Shown here: piece by piece, positions 29,953-40,304 of the stretch
Layout of the letters: every line of letters begins with the position of its first letter
Numbering within the stretch: the stretch's first letter is position 1
DNA from: an uncultured bacterium
GTDB lineage: Bacteria > Hydrothermota > Tepidihabitantia > SM23-42
Length of the DNA stretch: 64,000 bases
Direction: 5' to 3'
Assembly: GCA_964419565.1 (NCBI GenBank)
Contig: CAYQPW010000007.1
Location: forward strand, 31,398-95,397
The notes under the pieces: generated by a model
Told to the model about the DNA's origin: nothing
Seen by the model: the letters and a program-made list of their open reading frames with translations, nothing else
Database searches by the model: none
Program-made: the position numbers and the translations under genes

Positions 29953-31290
29953 ATGATTTTGGATGATAGACTTCAAAATGTCGCGATTATCGGCGCTGCA
30001 GGGAAGATGGGGAGTGGTATCGGTGTCATGGTCGCTCAGGAAATAGCAAAATTAAAGTTAAAGCCAGAAAATAATGATAAGGTGTTCAGTGTTAATCTTA
30101 TCGACATAAGTGAACGAGCGCTCGATGGACTACGTGGATACATGAAAACTCAACTGACCAAGGTCGCTGAAAAATCGACAGTACATTTAAGAAAATTATA
30201 CGAGGGGCGTAAGGATCTTGTTGAGAACGCTGATATCATCAGGGCCTTCGTAGATAACGCGTCAGCTGTATTGAACTATACGACAGATCTCAATACGGCG
30301 AAGGATGCATATCTGGTCTTCGAGGCGATCGTTGAAAATGAAAGGGTCAAGACGAAGATCTATAAGAAATTGAAAAGAATATGTTCCCCGGATACGATGT
30401 TCTTGACGAATACTTCGAGTATTCCTATATCCTACCTTGATAGACAGGCGGGTCTGGGTGGTCGTTTGATCGGCTACCACTTTTATAACCCGCCTGTTGT
30501 GCAACGTCTCGTTGAAGTCATCTCGGCCGAAACCACGATCGATGAACTCAAGAAAATCGCCGATGAACTGGGCAAGAGGCTGCGCAAAAAATTAGTACCA
30601 GCATTTGATATATCCGGATTTATTGGAAATGGTCATTTCATACGTGATGGTTTATTTGCGCTCAATGAAGTGGACCAGTTGAAAGGTACTCTTCGCTATC
30701 CGGGAGCGATCTATGTTGTCAATAAAGTGACTCAGGATTTTCTTTTAAGACCGATGGGTATTTTCCAACTTATCGATTATGTCGGGATCGATGTTTTTCA
30801 ATGTATATTAAAGGTCATGCGGACACATCTCGGGGATAAGACCCTCAAAAACAAACTGATTGATAAAATGGTCAAACAAGGTGTTCTGGGTGGACAGTAT
30901 GCAGATGGTTCGCAAAAAGATGGTTTTCTGAAGTACGACAAAAATCGACCGGTCGGTGTCTATAATTTCAGTAAAAAAGACTATTTTGTGTTCAGTGATA
31001 ATTGGAAAAAGAAAACAGATGCGCGGATCGGCTCATTGCCTGATGGTTTCGTGCCCTGGAAAGCGCTTCTTATGAACCCTAAAAAGGAAGGTGTTTTAAA
31101 AAATCATTTCGATGCGCTGAAAAAAATGGACACGTTAGGAGCCAGACTTGCATTGGCTTTCCTCAAGGAAACTAAATCGATTGGTGAACAGCTGATTAGC
31201 AGCGGAGTTGCAGCCTCAGCTGAAAATGTAAACGCGGTTTTAACTAATGGATTTTATTGGCTTTACGGTCCGATAAATAATTATGTATAG
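29953..31290 (+). CDS. 3-hydroxyacyl-CoA dehydrogenase, long form (445 aa)
   Basis: N-terminal Rossmann IIGAAGKMGSGI, LTNTSSIPIS and GYHFYNPP motifs. Has a C-terminal extension relative to my recollection of about 280-aa Hbd enzymes. Confidence 0.75.
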   Translation: MILDDRLQNVAIIGAAGKMGSGIGVMVAQEIAKLKLKPENNDKVFSVNLIDISERALDGLRGYMKTQLTKVAEKSTVHLRKLYEGRKDLVENADIIRAFVDNASAVLNYTTDLNTAKDAYLVFEAIVENERVKTKIYKKLKRICSPDTMFLTNTSSIPISYLDRQAGLGGRLIGYHFYNPPVVQRLVEVISAETTIDELKKIADELGKRLRKKLVPAFDISGFIGNGHFIRDGLFALNEVDQLKGTLRYPGAIYVVNKVTQDFLLRPMGIFQLIDYVGIDVFQCILKVMRTHLGDKTLKNKLIDKMVKQGVLGGQYADGSQKDGFLKYDKNRPVGVYNFSKKDYFVFSDNWKKKTDARIGSLPDGFVPWKALLMNPKKEGVLKNHFDALKKMDTLGARLALAFLKETKSIGEQLISSGVAASAENVNAVLTNGFYWLYGPINNYV

Positions 31291-31316
31291 GAAAAGATAA
31301 TAAGGATATGGATGAT

Positions 31317-31378
31317 AGGATTGGGTTTGGACGTTGGATTTTTTCCCGTTTCTTTACTAAAACCCAATAATAATCTTG
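31317..31378. repeat. intercistronic hairpin element, family 1, divergent copy D
   Basis: GGATTGGGTTTGGACGTTGGA ... CTAAAACCCAATAATAATCTTG, ending just before AAAGGAG and the ATG at 31392. Confidence 0.5.
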
Positions 31379-31391
31379 CAAAGGAGTTTTT

Positions 31392-32639
31392 ATGCCGTTT
31401 CTGAGAAAAAAAATATATGCTTGTGCGGGTTTCAATACCGTTGCTTTAGGTACCGGTAGAAAGGAATTCCACCCCAAAAAGCCGCGACCGGGTATTGAAT
31501 ACTACATTAAAGAAGCAGGTCTTGGATCGCTAAATCAAATACAGCATCCCGATGCAATAGATGAAGGCGTTATTGGAAACTTTATTGCTGAAAGGTTTTG
31601 TAAACAAGGTAACCTTGGCGGCTTTTTGCCCATGGTTCATCCAACCTTTCAATATAAACCATGCACCCGGGTCGAGGGTGCTTGTGACTCAGGCGGACTC
31701 GCTCTCGTTGTTGCAGTAAAGACGATACTCGCTGACCTGGCTGAGGCTGTTTTATGTATCGGTGTTGAGGTTCAAAATTCGGTTAAGGCGGTTTATGGTG
31801 CTGATTATCTCGCCGCAGCCGGCTGGTACTCTGGAGAAAGAAAACAGGGGCACGCATATTTCTTCCCCGATCAATTTTCACAGCGTGCTGGTGCTTGTTT
31901 TGAAAAGTTCGGCAAGGAAAGAACGCGTGCTGGAATGGCGCAGTGGTATGTTAATGCGATTGAAAATGCTCGCAAATACCCAAAAGCTCAAGAGTTTCAT
32001 AATAGGAATCCTGAATTATACGCTACTGGCATGATGTCACCTAACCCCAAAGCATTTTGTGAACACATAAATGTTTTTGATTGTTCAAAAGTATCGGATG
32101 GTGGTTCCTCGATAATTTTTGCTTCTGAACAAGGCTTAGAAAAATTGGGTGTCAACAAGAAAGATGCGGCCGAGGTCGTTGCCTATGCACAGGTTCAAGA
32201 TAACTTAACGACCCCGCCAAAAGATTTGACAAAATTATCGACATGTGCAGTAGCAGCCGAACGGGCTTTCGAGCGAGCGGCGATCAAATCGACTGATCTC
32301 AGCGTGCTTGAGGTACATGATTGTTTCACTATCGCTGGTCTTTTAGCGATAGAGGCCGTTGGTTTTGCCGGATACGGCGAAGGTGCTGATTTTGTCAAGG
32401 ATGGTCAGACAGCTAAAAGCGGAGTTATACCGACAAATACCACTGGCGGTCTTATCGGGTATGGTCATCCTACTGGGGCGACTGGTGTTCGGCAAGCCGT
32501 TGACGTGGTTGATCAATTGCTCGGAAAGTCAGGAGACTGTCAGGTAAATATCGGCGCTGATCGTCCATACGGTATGCTGTCGAGTATGGGCGGAAATGAT
32601 AAGACTGTAGTCGCAATGATTTTCAGGAAAACTGACTGA
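31392..32639 (+). CDS. thiolase-like protein (SCP-x / archaeal type)
   Basis: RVEGACDSGG, EVHDCFTIAG and NTTGGLIGYGHPTGATG motifs; 415 aa. Confidence 0.75.
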   Translation: MPFLRKKIYACAGFNTVALGTGRKEFHPKKPRPGIEYYIKEAGLGSLNQIQHPDAIDEGVIGNFIAERFCKQGNLGGFLPMVHPTFQYKPCTRVEGACDSGGLALVVAVKTILADLAEAVLCIGVEVQNSVKAVYGADYLAAAGWYSGERKQGHAYFFPDQFSQRAGACFEKFGKERTRAGMAQWYVNAIENARKYPKAQEFHNRNPELYATGMMSPNPKAFCEHINVFDCSKVSDGGSSIIFASEQGLEKLGVNKKDAAEVVAYAQVQDNLTTPPKDLTKLSTCAVAAERAFERAAIKSTDLSVLEVHDCFTIAGLLAIEAVGFAGYGEGADFVKDGQTAKSGVIPTNTTGGLIGYGHPTGATGVRQAVDVVDQLLGKSGDCQVNIGADRPYGMLSSMGGNDKTVVAMIFRKTD

Positions 32640-32649
32640 AATATAAAAT

Positions 32650-33357
32650 ATGCTAATTGGAAACAAACTCTATTATTTTGATGAGATAGACTCGACCAAC
32701 GAGTATGCAAAGACATTTTTAAAAGATGCTCCTGAAGGAGCGGTAATACTTGTCGATCAGCAGACTGCCGGTCGTGCACGATTTGGAAAGAAGTGGTTTT
32801 CACCTGAAGGTGGCCTCTGGATGTCGGTAATCCTTCATCCACCTGACCATTCACTTATCGCGATTATTGCGGGGATTGCAGTATGCAAGACACTGCACAT
32901 GAACGGCATTCTCACAGGTATTAAATGGCCTAACGATATAATGCTCAATGGTAAAAAGATCGGTGGTATACTGACAGAAGTGAGCGACGATGCTGTGGTT
33001 TTGGGTATCGGGATCAATCTTAACATACGAAAATTCCCTGATGAACTAAAAGATACAGCGAGTTCTGTATTTCTTGAAACAAAGAAACATCTTGAGAAGA
33101 AGATGGTGTTTGACATGCTCTGCAGGCGACTGGATGATTGCTACAAATTATTAAAGGATAAGCAGATCAGAGATTTGCTGACTGAATGGCGTCACTATAC
33201 GATCCTCCTTGGACAAGAAGTAGTAATCGAAATGCCGGACAAAAAATTAGACGGGAAGGTTCTCGATATTAGCAATGATGGTTCGTTGGTGATAATGAAT
33301 CAAGATGGTAAAATCCAGAGGGTAGTCGCCGGGATATGTCACCTAAAGAAAAGATAA
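32650..33357 (+). CDS. birA: biotin-protein ligase, catalytic-only (no N-terminal HTH)
   Basis: QTAGRARFGKKWFSPEGG (GRGRxGR-like biotin-binding loop), KWPNDI and KIGGILTE motifs. 235 aa. Confidence 0.85.
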   Translation: MLIGNKLYYFDEIDSTNEYAKTFLKDAPEGAVILVDQQTAGRARFGKKWFSPEGGLWMSVILHPPDHSLIAIIAGIAVCKTLHMNGILTGIKWPNDIMLNGKKIGGILTEVSDDAVVLGIGINLNIRKFPDELKDTASSVFLETKKHLEKKMVFDMLCRRLDDCYKLLKDKQIRDLLTEWRHYTILLGQEVVIEMPDKKLDGKVLDISNDGSLVIMNQDGKIQRVVAGICHLKKR

Positions 33358-33460
33358 TGATTGCATGGAGCAAAGAGCATAGGGTAAAGCGGATGGAAAC
33401 GATGATAAAGCCAGTAATTCTCCGCACCGTGCACTTAGCACTTTGCGCTTGGCATTTTTC

Positions 33461-33970
33461 ATGATACAAATATATACTGGTAATGGCAAGGGGAAGACAA
33501 CCGCTGCTTTGGGTTTAGCTTTGAGAGCGGTGGGTCATGGTTTGAAAGTAATCATGATCCAGTTCATGAAAGGGAAGATCGACTATGGCGAACTGGAAGC
33601 GGCAAAACACCTGCCTGGTCTGGTCATTGAACAATACGGACGACCAGAGTTCGTTAATCCAGAAAATCCTTCTGAGGAAGACATACAGTTTGCCCGGGAT
33701 GCTCTGGCGCGTGCCCAGGAGGTTATTAAGAAAAGAAAGTTTGACATAATCATTCTGGATGAAATAAATGTCGCGGTCGCCTATGGGCTTATCGCCGTAC
33801 AAAAAGTGATCGAACTTTTAAAGAGAACACCCCGACAAAAAGAGCTTGTTCTCACTGGACGATATATGCCTGAAGAGTTTATCGAGTATGCCGATCTAAT
33901 AAGTGAAGTAAAGGAGATCAAACATCATTTCCAAAAAGGCACATCTGCCCGGAAAGGTATTGAATACTGA
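33461..33970 (+). CDS. cobO: ATP:cob(I)alamin adenosyltransferase, CobO/BtuR type
   Basis: IQIYTGNGKGKTTAALG P-loop and ILDEINVA segments. ATG 33461 preferred over the TTG at 33443. Confidence 0.85.
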   Translation: MIQIYTGNGKGKTTAALGLALRAVGHGLKVIMIQFMKGKIDYGELEAAKHLPGLVIEQYGRPEFVNPENPSEEDIQFARDALARAQEVIKKRKFDIIILDEINVAVAYGLIAVQKVIELLKRTPRQKELVLTGRYMPEEFIEYADLISEVKEIKHHFQKGTSARKGIEY

Positions 33971-34020
33971 GAAGCAGTTGACTTTTTCACTAAATTACAT
34001 AGAATGGAATAGGAGGTTAG

Positions 34021-34206
34021 ATGATCATACCAACTGAAAAAATATATGAGAGATTTGAGAACAAATACAAGGCGGTCAACGTAACAGCTTTGCAAGCGAG
34101 AAAATTCAAGGACGATCAGGTAAAAGGTCTCTTAGAAGAACACGTCAATCCGATCTTTGAAGCTATCAAGAAAATGCTTGCCGGGAAAATAAGGTATCAA
34201 GATTGA
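34021..34206 (+). CDS. rpoZ: DNA-directed RNA polymerase omega subunit
   Basis: 61 aa. NKYKAVNVTALQARKF resembles the omega signature. AGGAGG ribosome-binding site. Confidence 0.75.
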   Translation: MIIPTEKIYERFENKYKAVNVTALQARKFKDDQVKGLLEEHVNPIFEAIKKMLAGKIRYQD

Positions 34207-35381
34207 ATATTGTTCTTGGCATAACAGGTTCTATTGCTGCATATAAGTCATTGGAATTGATACGTTTACTTAAAAAGGACGGTGCTGATGTAAAAGTCGT
34301 TCTCACTGAATCAGGCCGTAACTTTGTTACACCACTTAGCTGTCAAACACTCTCCGGAAATGAAGTATATTTGGATCAGTTCGTGTTGAGCAAGACCATA
34401 AAACACCTTTCATTGTCCGAGTGGGCGGACATATTGGTAATAGCTCCAGCAACTGCAAACATTATTGGTAAAGCTGCGAACGGTATTGCTGATGATCTGC
34501 TTTCAACTACCTTTCTTTCTTTCGGTAAATCAGTCTTATTTGTACCGGCAATGGACACGGGCATGTGGGATAATAAAATTTTACAGGAAAATGTGAAGAC
34601 ACTGCGCCGTATCGGCTACCATGTAATGGATCCGAGTTCTGGTTCACTGGCATCAGGTAAGGTAGGTCGGGGACGTTTTCCTGCAGTTACGATCATATAT
34701 AGGAAGATACTCTCCCTTACTCATGGTTATAAGGATCTTAGGGGGATGAAATTTCTTGTATCAGGCGGTCGCACCGAGGAAGATATCGATCTGGTGCGAG
34801 TGATAACGAACCGTTCATCAGGCCGAATGGCAAGAGAGCTGCTGTACGCTATTATCTGCCGTGGTGGAATTGCAAAAGCTGTAATAGGTGAGGTGACCGT
34901 CGATTTTCCAGATGATATGGACACCGTAAATACAAGGACTTCTTCTGAGATGTTGAAAGAACTGGAAGATCATATGGCATGGTGTGATTGTCTTATTATG
35001 GCTGCTGCTGTCGGTGATTACCGTCCTTGTAAAAGGATTTCGGAGAAGTTACATGATCGATCACTCACTCTTCAGTTCGAAAGAAATCAAGATATACTCA
35101 AGGAGCTGACCAGAAAAAAGCCTTTGCCATTAGTCGTCGGGTTCTCACTTGAAGATAGTGACGATCAAACAAGAGGAAAAGCTAAAATGACCTCGAAAAA
35201 CTGTGATATGATCGTGCTTAATAATTCATCAGCGATTGCGAGCGACCACAGCAAGGCGGTTATACTGAAAAAAGACGGCTCGATCATGAAATTAGGCGAA
35301 GTCACTAAGTGGCAACTTGCCAACAGCATTCTTGATGCGTGTCTCGGGGAGTATAATATAAGCCATAACGGGCAAAATTAA
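34203..35381 (+). CDS. coaBC: bifunctional phosphopantothenoylcysteine decarboxylase / synthetase
   Basis: N-terminal flavoprotein motif LGITGSIAAYK and PAMDTGMW; C-terminal CoaB half (SGGRTEEDIDLVR.ITNRSSG, AAAVGDY). Confidence 0.9.
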   Translation: MNIVLGITGSIAAYKSLELIRLLKKDGADVKVVLTESGRNFVTPLSCQTLSGNEVYLDQFVLSKTIKHLSLSEWADILVIAPATANIIGKAANGIADDLLSTTFLSFGKSVLFVPAMDTGMWDNKILQENVKTLRRIGYHVMDPSSGSLASGKVGRGRFPAVTIIYRKILSLTHGYKDLRGMKFLVSGGRTEEDIDLVRVITNRSSGRMARELLYAIICRGGIAKAVIGEVTVDFPDDMDTVNTRTSSEMLKELEDHMAWCDCLIMAAAVGDYRPCKRISEKLHDRSLTLQFERNQDILKELTRKKPLPLVVGFSLEDSDDQTRGKAKMTSKNCDMIVLNNSSAIASDHSKAVILKKDGSIMKLGEVTKWQLANSILDACLGEYNISHNGQN

Positions 35382-35396
35382 TTAGCAGTAAAATTC

Positions 35397-36761
35397 ATGG
35401 AAGAAAAACGCATTCCACCACACTCACTGGAGGCTGAAGAAGCAGTCATCGGTGCTATGCTGCTTGATGCGCAAGCACTGCCAAAGGTAATGGAGATCCT
35501 TAACGAGAGCAATTTTTACTCTCCTGCTAATCAGAAGATATACCGCGCGATCCTTTACCTTTTTGGTGAGAACGTTGCTTCGGATCTCGTTACCGTGACA
35601 AACTGGCTTAAACAGAACAAAATGCTCGATGATATCGGCGGGCCTGAATACCTTTCAAACCTCGTGGCAAATGTCCTGACCACGGCAAATGTTGAACATC
35701 ATGCACGGGTCGTTCTGGATAAAGCGATCAAGCGGAATATCATTCACACCTCGATGGAAATGCTAAAGAGCAGCTTTGAGGATAATCAAGCTGCAGCCGA
35801 GCTCGTTGACTTCGCGCAGAATTCTGTGTTTCAGATAAAAGAAAGCGGTTTGAGAAAAGAACCAGTCCATATTCGTACCTATATCACCGGGATTCTCGAA
35901 GCGGCTGAAGCGATGCGCGGTGAACGTATGATAACCGGTGTTGAAACCGGTTATTATAAACTCGATGAAATGACCTCGGGTTTTCAAAAAGGCGATTTTA
36001 TCGTCATCGCAGGCCGACCTTCAATGGGTAAAACAGCTTTCGCTTTGAATGTTGCCGGTTATGCATCGATCGAACATAGTGTACCGGTCGGCATATTTTC
36101 GCTTGAGATGTCTGGTGAAGCACTTGTCCAGAGGCTTCTTTGTAGCGAAGCCAGGGTCAGTCTCAGAAATTTAAGGCGCGGTATGTTGCGTAATGAAGAC
36201 TGGGTCAATCTTGCTACTGCAGCCGGGAATCTTGATAAGGCTCCTGTCTATATCGATGATTCTGCGACCTTATCGATATATGAGCTTAAAGCAAAAGCAC
36301 GCAGGTTGAAAGCTGAAAATGATATCGGCGTTCTGATAATCGATTACCTGCAGCTCTTAGAGGGTCCTAAGACATTCCGTTCGTCTTCAAGGACACAAGA
36401 GATATCAGAGATTTCCCGAGCCCTTAAAGGGTTGGCAAAAGAATTGAATATCCCATTGCTTGTTGTGTCTCAGTTATCGCGCATGCCAGAACATCGCAAT
36501 GACAAGAGGCCTTTATTAGCAGATCTCAGAGAAAGCGGAGCTATCGAACAGGATGCTGATGTGGTTATCTTCATTTACCGTGAGGAGGTTTACAATAAGG
36601 AGACTGACAAGAAAGATATCGCTGAAATACTTCTTGCCAAACAACGCAATGGCCCGACCGGTATGCTGGAGCTCGGGTTCAAGGGTGAGTATACATTATT
36701 CGATAATGTAACTTTTCGTGAAGAGATGGCGATGGAAGAAGAGGAAGATGAACCTTTTTAG
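35397..36761 (+). CDS. dnaB: replicative DNA helicase
   Basis: PPHSLEAEEAVIGAML N-terminus, Walker A AGRPSMGKT, IIDYLQL, SQLSR and ESGAIEQDADVV motifs. Confidence 0.95.
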   Translation: MEEKRIPPHSLEAEEAVIGAMLLDAQALPKVMEILNESNFYSPANQKIYRAILYLFGENVASDLVTVTNWLKQNKMLDDIGGPEYLSNLVANVLTTANVEHHARVVLDKAIKRNIIHTSMEMLKSSFEDNQAAAELVDFAQNSVFQIKESGLRKEPVHIRTYITGILEAAEAMRGERMITGVETGYYKLDEMTSGFQKGDFIVIAGRPSMGKTAFALNVAGYASIEHSVPVGIFSLEMSGEALVQRLLCSEARVSLRNLRRGMLRNEDWVNLATAAGNLDKAPVYIDDSATLSIYELKAKARRLKAENDIGVLIIDYLQLLEGPKTFRSSSRTQEISEISRALKGLAKELNIPLLVVSQLSRMPEHRNDKRPLLADLRESGAIEQDADVVIFIYREEVYNKETDKKDIAEILLAKQRNGPTGMLELGFKGEYTLFDNVTFREEMAMEEEEDEPF

Positions 36762-37485
36762 CCTTATCGGTGATTTTTCGTCATTTTTCTTTCGGAGTTT
36801 GTTCATTCCCTGGAAAATAAGGACGACTCGGGGCAGGATATTAGAACAAGTTTTTAATATCGGAATTGGTTCTTTGCCGATCATTATGATCATTGCCGCA
36901 TTCACTGGTTTAGTCTCTACAGTTCAGACAACCTACCAACTGATCGGAACTGTACCTCGTTATATTGTCGGGACGACGGTCGGTAGAATGGTATTGATCG
37001 AGCTCGGTCCGATCTTGACCGCGCTTATGATTAGCGGTCGTTGTGCTTCATCGATGGCTGCAGAGATCGGTTCTATGAGGGTTACTGAGCAGATCGATGC
37101 GCTGGAGATTATGGCTATCGACCCATACCGTTTTCTCAATCTGCCGCGCATAGTTGGAACTTTCATTGCTTTGCCAGTTCTCACTGTTATATCCGAGTTT
37201 ATTGCATTGGGTTGTGGTGCCTTGTATGCGAATTATTTTCTGAATATTCCGTTCAGTGTTTTTAACTATGGCATGATCCATTTTTTCTCTATGCGTGATT
37301 TCCTCGGCGGGCTTGTCAAGTCGCTTTTTTTCTCACTCGTGATCGGCGCTTCGGGCTGTTATTTCGGTTTTATCGTTAAGGGTGGAGCAAAAGAGGTTGG
37401 TCGGGCAGCAACTTATGCTGTTGTGACAGCATCGATCCTCATCCTTATACTTGATTTTTTGGTTGCTCTGGTTATTTTTGGATGA
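36748..37485 (+). CDS. mlaE: MlaE-type ABC transporter permease
   Basis: Multi-pass hydrophobic protein with MRVTEQIDALE, the MlaE/Ttg2B signature. Start chosen at the in-frame ATG 36748; the exact start is uncertain. Confidence 0.8.
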   Translation: MNLFSLIGDFSSFFFRSLFIPWKIRTTRGRILEQVFNIGIGSLPIIMIIAAFTGLVSTVQTTYQLIGTVPRYIVGTTVGRMVLIELGPILTALMISGRCASSMAAEIGSMRVTEQIDALEIMAIDPYRFLNLPRIVGTFIALPVLTVISEFIALGCGALYANYFLNIPFSVFNYGMIHFFSMRDFLGGLVKSLFFSLVIGASGCYFGFIVKGGAKEVGRAATYAVVTASILILILDFLVALVIFG

Positions 37486-38171
37486 TAGAAGTAAAGAAAT
37501 TATCAAAGCGTTTTGATGACCTCATTGTCCTGGATGATGTCAGTTTTACAGTAGGTGAAGCACAACTCGTGGTCATCCTGGGGCCTTCAGGCACTGGTAA
37601 AACCGTGCTTCTTAAGGCCATTCTTGGTATTGTCCCGGTTGATAGCGGCGAGGTGCTCTTTGATAATACGGTAGTCCAGTCTGCAAAAGAGAACGAAATA
37701 TATAATATCAGGAAAAGAATAGGTTTTGTATTTCAGGGTACTGCGCTGTTCGATTCGATGAACGTCTGCGATAATATCGCCTTGCCGATCAAAGAACACA
37801 CAAGGCTATCAAATAAACAGATCAGGGATAAGGTCGAGGAAATATTGAAGATAATCGGCATGACCGGTAAAGAGAGGTTGTATCCGGGTTCGCTTTCTGG
37901 AGGGATGAAACGGCTCATTGCGGTCGGTCGTGCGCTTGCTTTGGACCCGCAATATTTGTTCTATGATGAACCGACCACGGGTCTCGATCCAATAATGAGA
38001 GACCGTGTAATAGAACTCATCATAGATCTGAAAAAAAATTATCGTAAGAGCGGTATCGTTGTCACCCATGACCTTGATATCGCAGAAAAAGTAGGCGATG
38101 ATATTTATTTATTAAAGAAAGGCAAGATCAGCAAACTGAAGAAGATCAGAAAGGAAATGTATAATGGGTAA
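37482..38171 (+). CDS. mlaF: MlaF-type ABC transporter ATPase
   Basis: Walker A GPSGTGKT, signature LSGGMKR, Walker B LFYDEPT. ATGA overlap with mlaE. Confidence 0.88.
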   Translation: MIEVKKLSKRFDDLIVLDDVSFTVGEAQLVVILGPSGTGKTVLLKAILGIVPVDSGEVLFDNTVVQSAKENEIYNIRKRIGFVFQGTALFDSMNVCDNIALPIKEHTRLSNKQIRDKVEEILKIIGMTGKERLYPGSLSGGMKRLIAVGRALALDPQYLFYDEPTTGLDPIMRDRVIELIIDLKKNYRKSGIVVTHDLDIAEKVGDDIYLLKKGKISKLKKIRKEMYNG

Positions 38172-38898
38172 ACAATTGAGAGCGACTTTTGTAGGTATCT
38201 TCATCATCATAGGCCTAATCCTATTTATTTTCTTGTACATTTGGTTTTCCGGTAGAATAGGCTTACGCAATACCTATGATGTTGTCGTTTTCTTCGATGA
38301 TGTAATAGGTCTAAGGGTTGGTGATCCAGTAATGGTTTACGGACTGGAAAAAGGTAAGGTCAAGGACCTGCAAATCGACCACGGCAAAATAAGGACACTG
38401 CTTGCGGTAGATCGTGAAATCATCATACCGGAGGATTCAAAGATTTCTATTAAGTCGATCAGCTATCTCGGTGATGACAGATACGTAAAAATCGTACCGG
38501 GTTCATCTGATAAGATCGACAGTGTTTATTACGGGAAAAGCGGTGGTTTTGATCTGGATGGTCTGGCATCGCAAATCGACAGTGTGATGACGGCGATAAA
38601 GAATTTTAATTTTGGAGATTTTGATCTCAACAAGATCGCTACAAGATTAACACGCGATATGAATCGAAGCCTTGAAGAACTTACAAAAAGCGTAAAAGGT
38701 CCTTCTGAAAAGATCGAAAATTTGGCCGAACGTCTGGATTCCCTAACTGTCTTGTTGACCGGTGACGGGACGATGGGCAAGCTGATAAAATCAGACGAGC
38801 TGTATGAAGAAATCAGGCAGACAAACCAAGCCCTGAGAAGCCTTATCGAGGATATCGAACAAAATCCACAGAAATACATAAACATAAAGGTATTTTAA
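38164..38898 (+). CDS. mlaD: MlaD / MCE-domain protein
   Basis: Single N-terminal TM helix followed by an MCE-like domain (GLRVGDPVMVYGLEKGKV). Overlaps the mlaF stop. Confidence 0.75.
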   Translation: MGKQLRATFVGIFIIIGLILFIFLYIWFSGRIGLRNTYDVVVFFDDVIGLRVGDPVMVYGLEKGKVKDLQIDHGKIRTLLAVDREIIIPEDSKISIKSISYLGDDRYVKIVPGSSDKIDSVYYGKSGGFDLDGLASQIDSVMTAIKNFNFGDFDLNKIATRLTRDMNRSLEELTKSVKGPSEKIENLAERLDSLTVLLTGDGTMGKLIKSDELYEEIRQTNQALRSLIEDIEQNPQKYINIKVF

Positions 38899-38921
38899 TA
38901 ATAACACCGCAGTAATCATCA

Positions 38922-40262
38922 ATGAAAACGAAATTCGTATGTCAGAATTGTGGTGCATCTGCGCCAAAGTGGCTCGGGCGTTGCCCAGGCTGTAATGAAT
39001 ACAATACAATGGTTGAGGAAGCCGTTGAAATAGTAAGCAAACATGTATCGAAAAGGATTGAAAAAGCCAGACCGCTTGACTTGTCGAGAATACCATATAA
39101 CAAAGAAATAAGAAGCGGACTTGGAATTGGTGAATTGGATCGTGTATTGGGCGGCGGTTTTGTTAAAGGTTCGCTTGTTCTCCTGGGCGGTGATCCAGGG
39201 ATCGGTAAGTCAACATTGATGCTTCAGATCTCGGATATGATGGCCCGCTCAGGGAAAAAAATACTCTATGTTGATGGCGAAGAGTCTCCATACCAAGTTC
39301 GCATGAGATCTGAACGATTGGGTATAAAAGGTAATGGTATTAGTGTTGTGACCGCTACCCAGCTCGAGTCGATAATCGAATGCGCTGATACTTATCGGCC
39401 GGATCTGATGGTTATCGATTCAATCCAGACGATTTACGGACTTCGTTTATCTTCAGCTCCGGGTAGTGTGGCACAAGTTAGAGAATGCGGCAGTGAATTG
39501 ATGAGATATGCAAAAGCTAAAGGCGTAACGACCGTTCTCATCGGTCATGTAACAAAATTCGGCGCTATTGCTGGGCCAAAAACTCTTGAGCATATGGTCG
39601 ATGCTGTTTTGTATTTTGAGGGAGATAGCAACCAGCAATACCGCATTGTCCGTGCTATCAAGAACCGTTTTGGTTCAACGAATGAAATAGGTGTTTTTGA
39701 AATGACCGCATCCGGCTTAAAAGAAGTGACCAACCCATCCTGTCTCTTCATATCAGACGCGACCTATTCAGGATCGGTTACAGTTGCGGTTATCGAAGGA
39801 TCAAGACCATTGCTCGTTGAGGTACAAGCTCTGACGAGTCCCACCTTTTATAATTTCCCACAGCGCGTAGCCACGGGGATCGATTACAAGAGACTCTCAA
39901 TGTTACTTGCAGTACTGGAAAGGCGTGCTGGGATAGGAGTCTATAATTACGATTGTTTTGTCAATGCAGTCGGGGGTATTAAGGTCCTTGAGACCTCTAA
40001 TGACCTGGGGATCATCCTCGCTATCGCATCTTCGGTAAAGGACGTGGCGATCGACAAACATACAGTCGTCATAGGCGAAGTCGGTCTGGGCGGAGAAATA
40101 AGGTCTGTATTTGGCATATTGCCAAGATTAAAAGAAGCTGAGAAGATGGGTTTTAAACAGGCGATCGTGCCAAAAAATAATGCCCAGCAAGATGGCATTA
40201 AAATGAAGATTTTCGGTGTTACCGATGTTAAAGAAGCGGTAAAATTGACGTTGAATAAGTAG
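38922..40262 (+). CDS. radA: DNA repair protein RadA/Sms
   Basis: Zinc ribbon CQNCGASAPKWLGRCPGCNEYNT, Walker A GGDPGIGKST, KNRFG motif, Lon-like C-terminal domain. Confidence 0.95.
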   Translation: MKTKFVCQNCGASAPKWLGRCPGCNEYNTMVEEAVEIVSKHVSKRIEKARPLDLSRIPYNKEIRSGLGIGELDRVLGGGFVKGSLVLLGGDPGIGKSTLMLQISDMMARSGKKILYVDGEESPYQVRMRSERLGIKGNGISVVTATQLESIIECADTYRPDLMVIDSIQTIYGLRLSSAPGSVAQVRECGSELMRYAKAKGVTTVLIGHVTKFGAIAGPKTLEHMVDAVLYFEGDSNQQYRIVRAIKNRFGSTNEIGVFEMTASGLKEVTNPSCLFISDATYSGSVTVAVIEGSRPLLVEVQALTSPTFYNFPQRVATGIDYKRLSMLLAVLERRAGIGVYNYDCFVNAVGGIKVLETSNDLGIILAIASSVKDVAIDKHTVVIGEVGLGGEIRSVFGILPRLKEAEKMGFKQAIVPKNNAQQDGIKMKIFGVTDVKEAVKLTLNK

Positions 40263-40304
40263 TCTATACGGAAGTCGATCGGCTATTTGTTCACAGGAGG
40301 AAGC

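Noticed and set aside
8645-31378. CRISPR array as an explanation for the repeated GGGTTTGG hairpin elements
   Set aside because: The copies are kilobases apart, each lies between ordinary genes, and they are imperfect and of different lengths. There are no regular spacers and no cas genes.
33358-33460. Possible cobalamin riboswitch upstream of cobO
   Set aside because: The spacer is only about 100 nt and I could not find a B12-box-like core. The short GCGGA/TCCGC and GTGC/GCAC stems are not enough. An Infernal scan would settle it.
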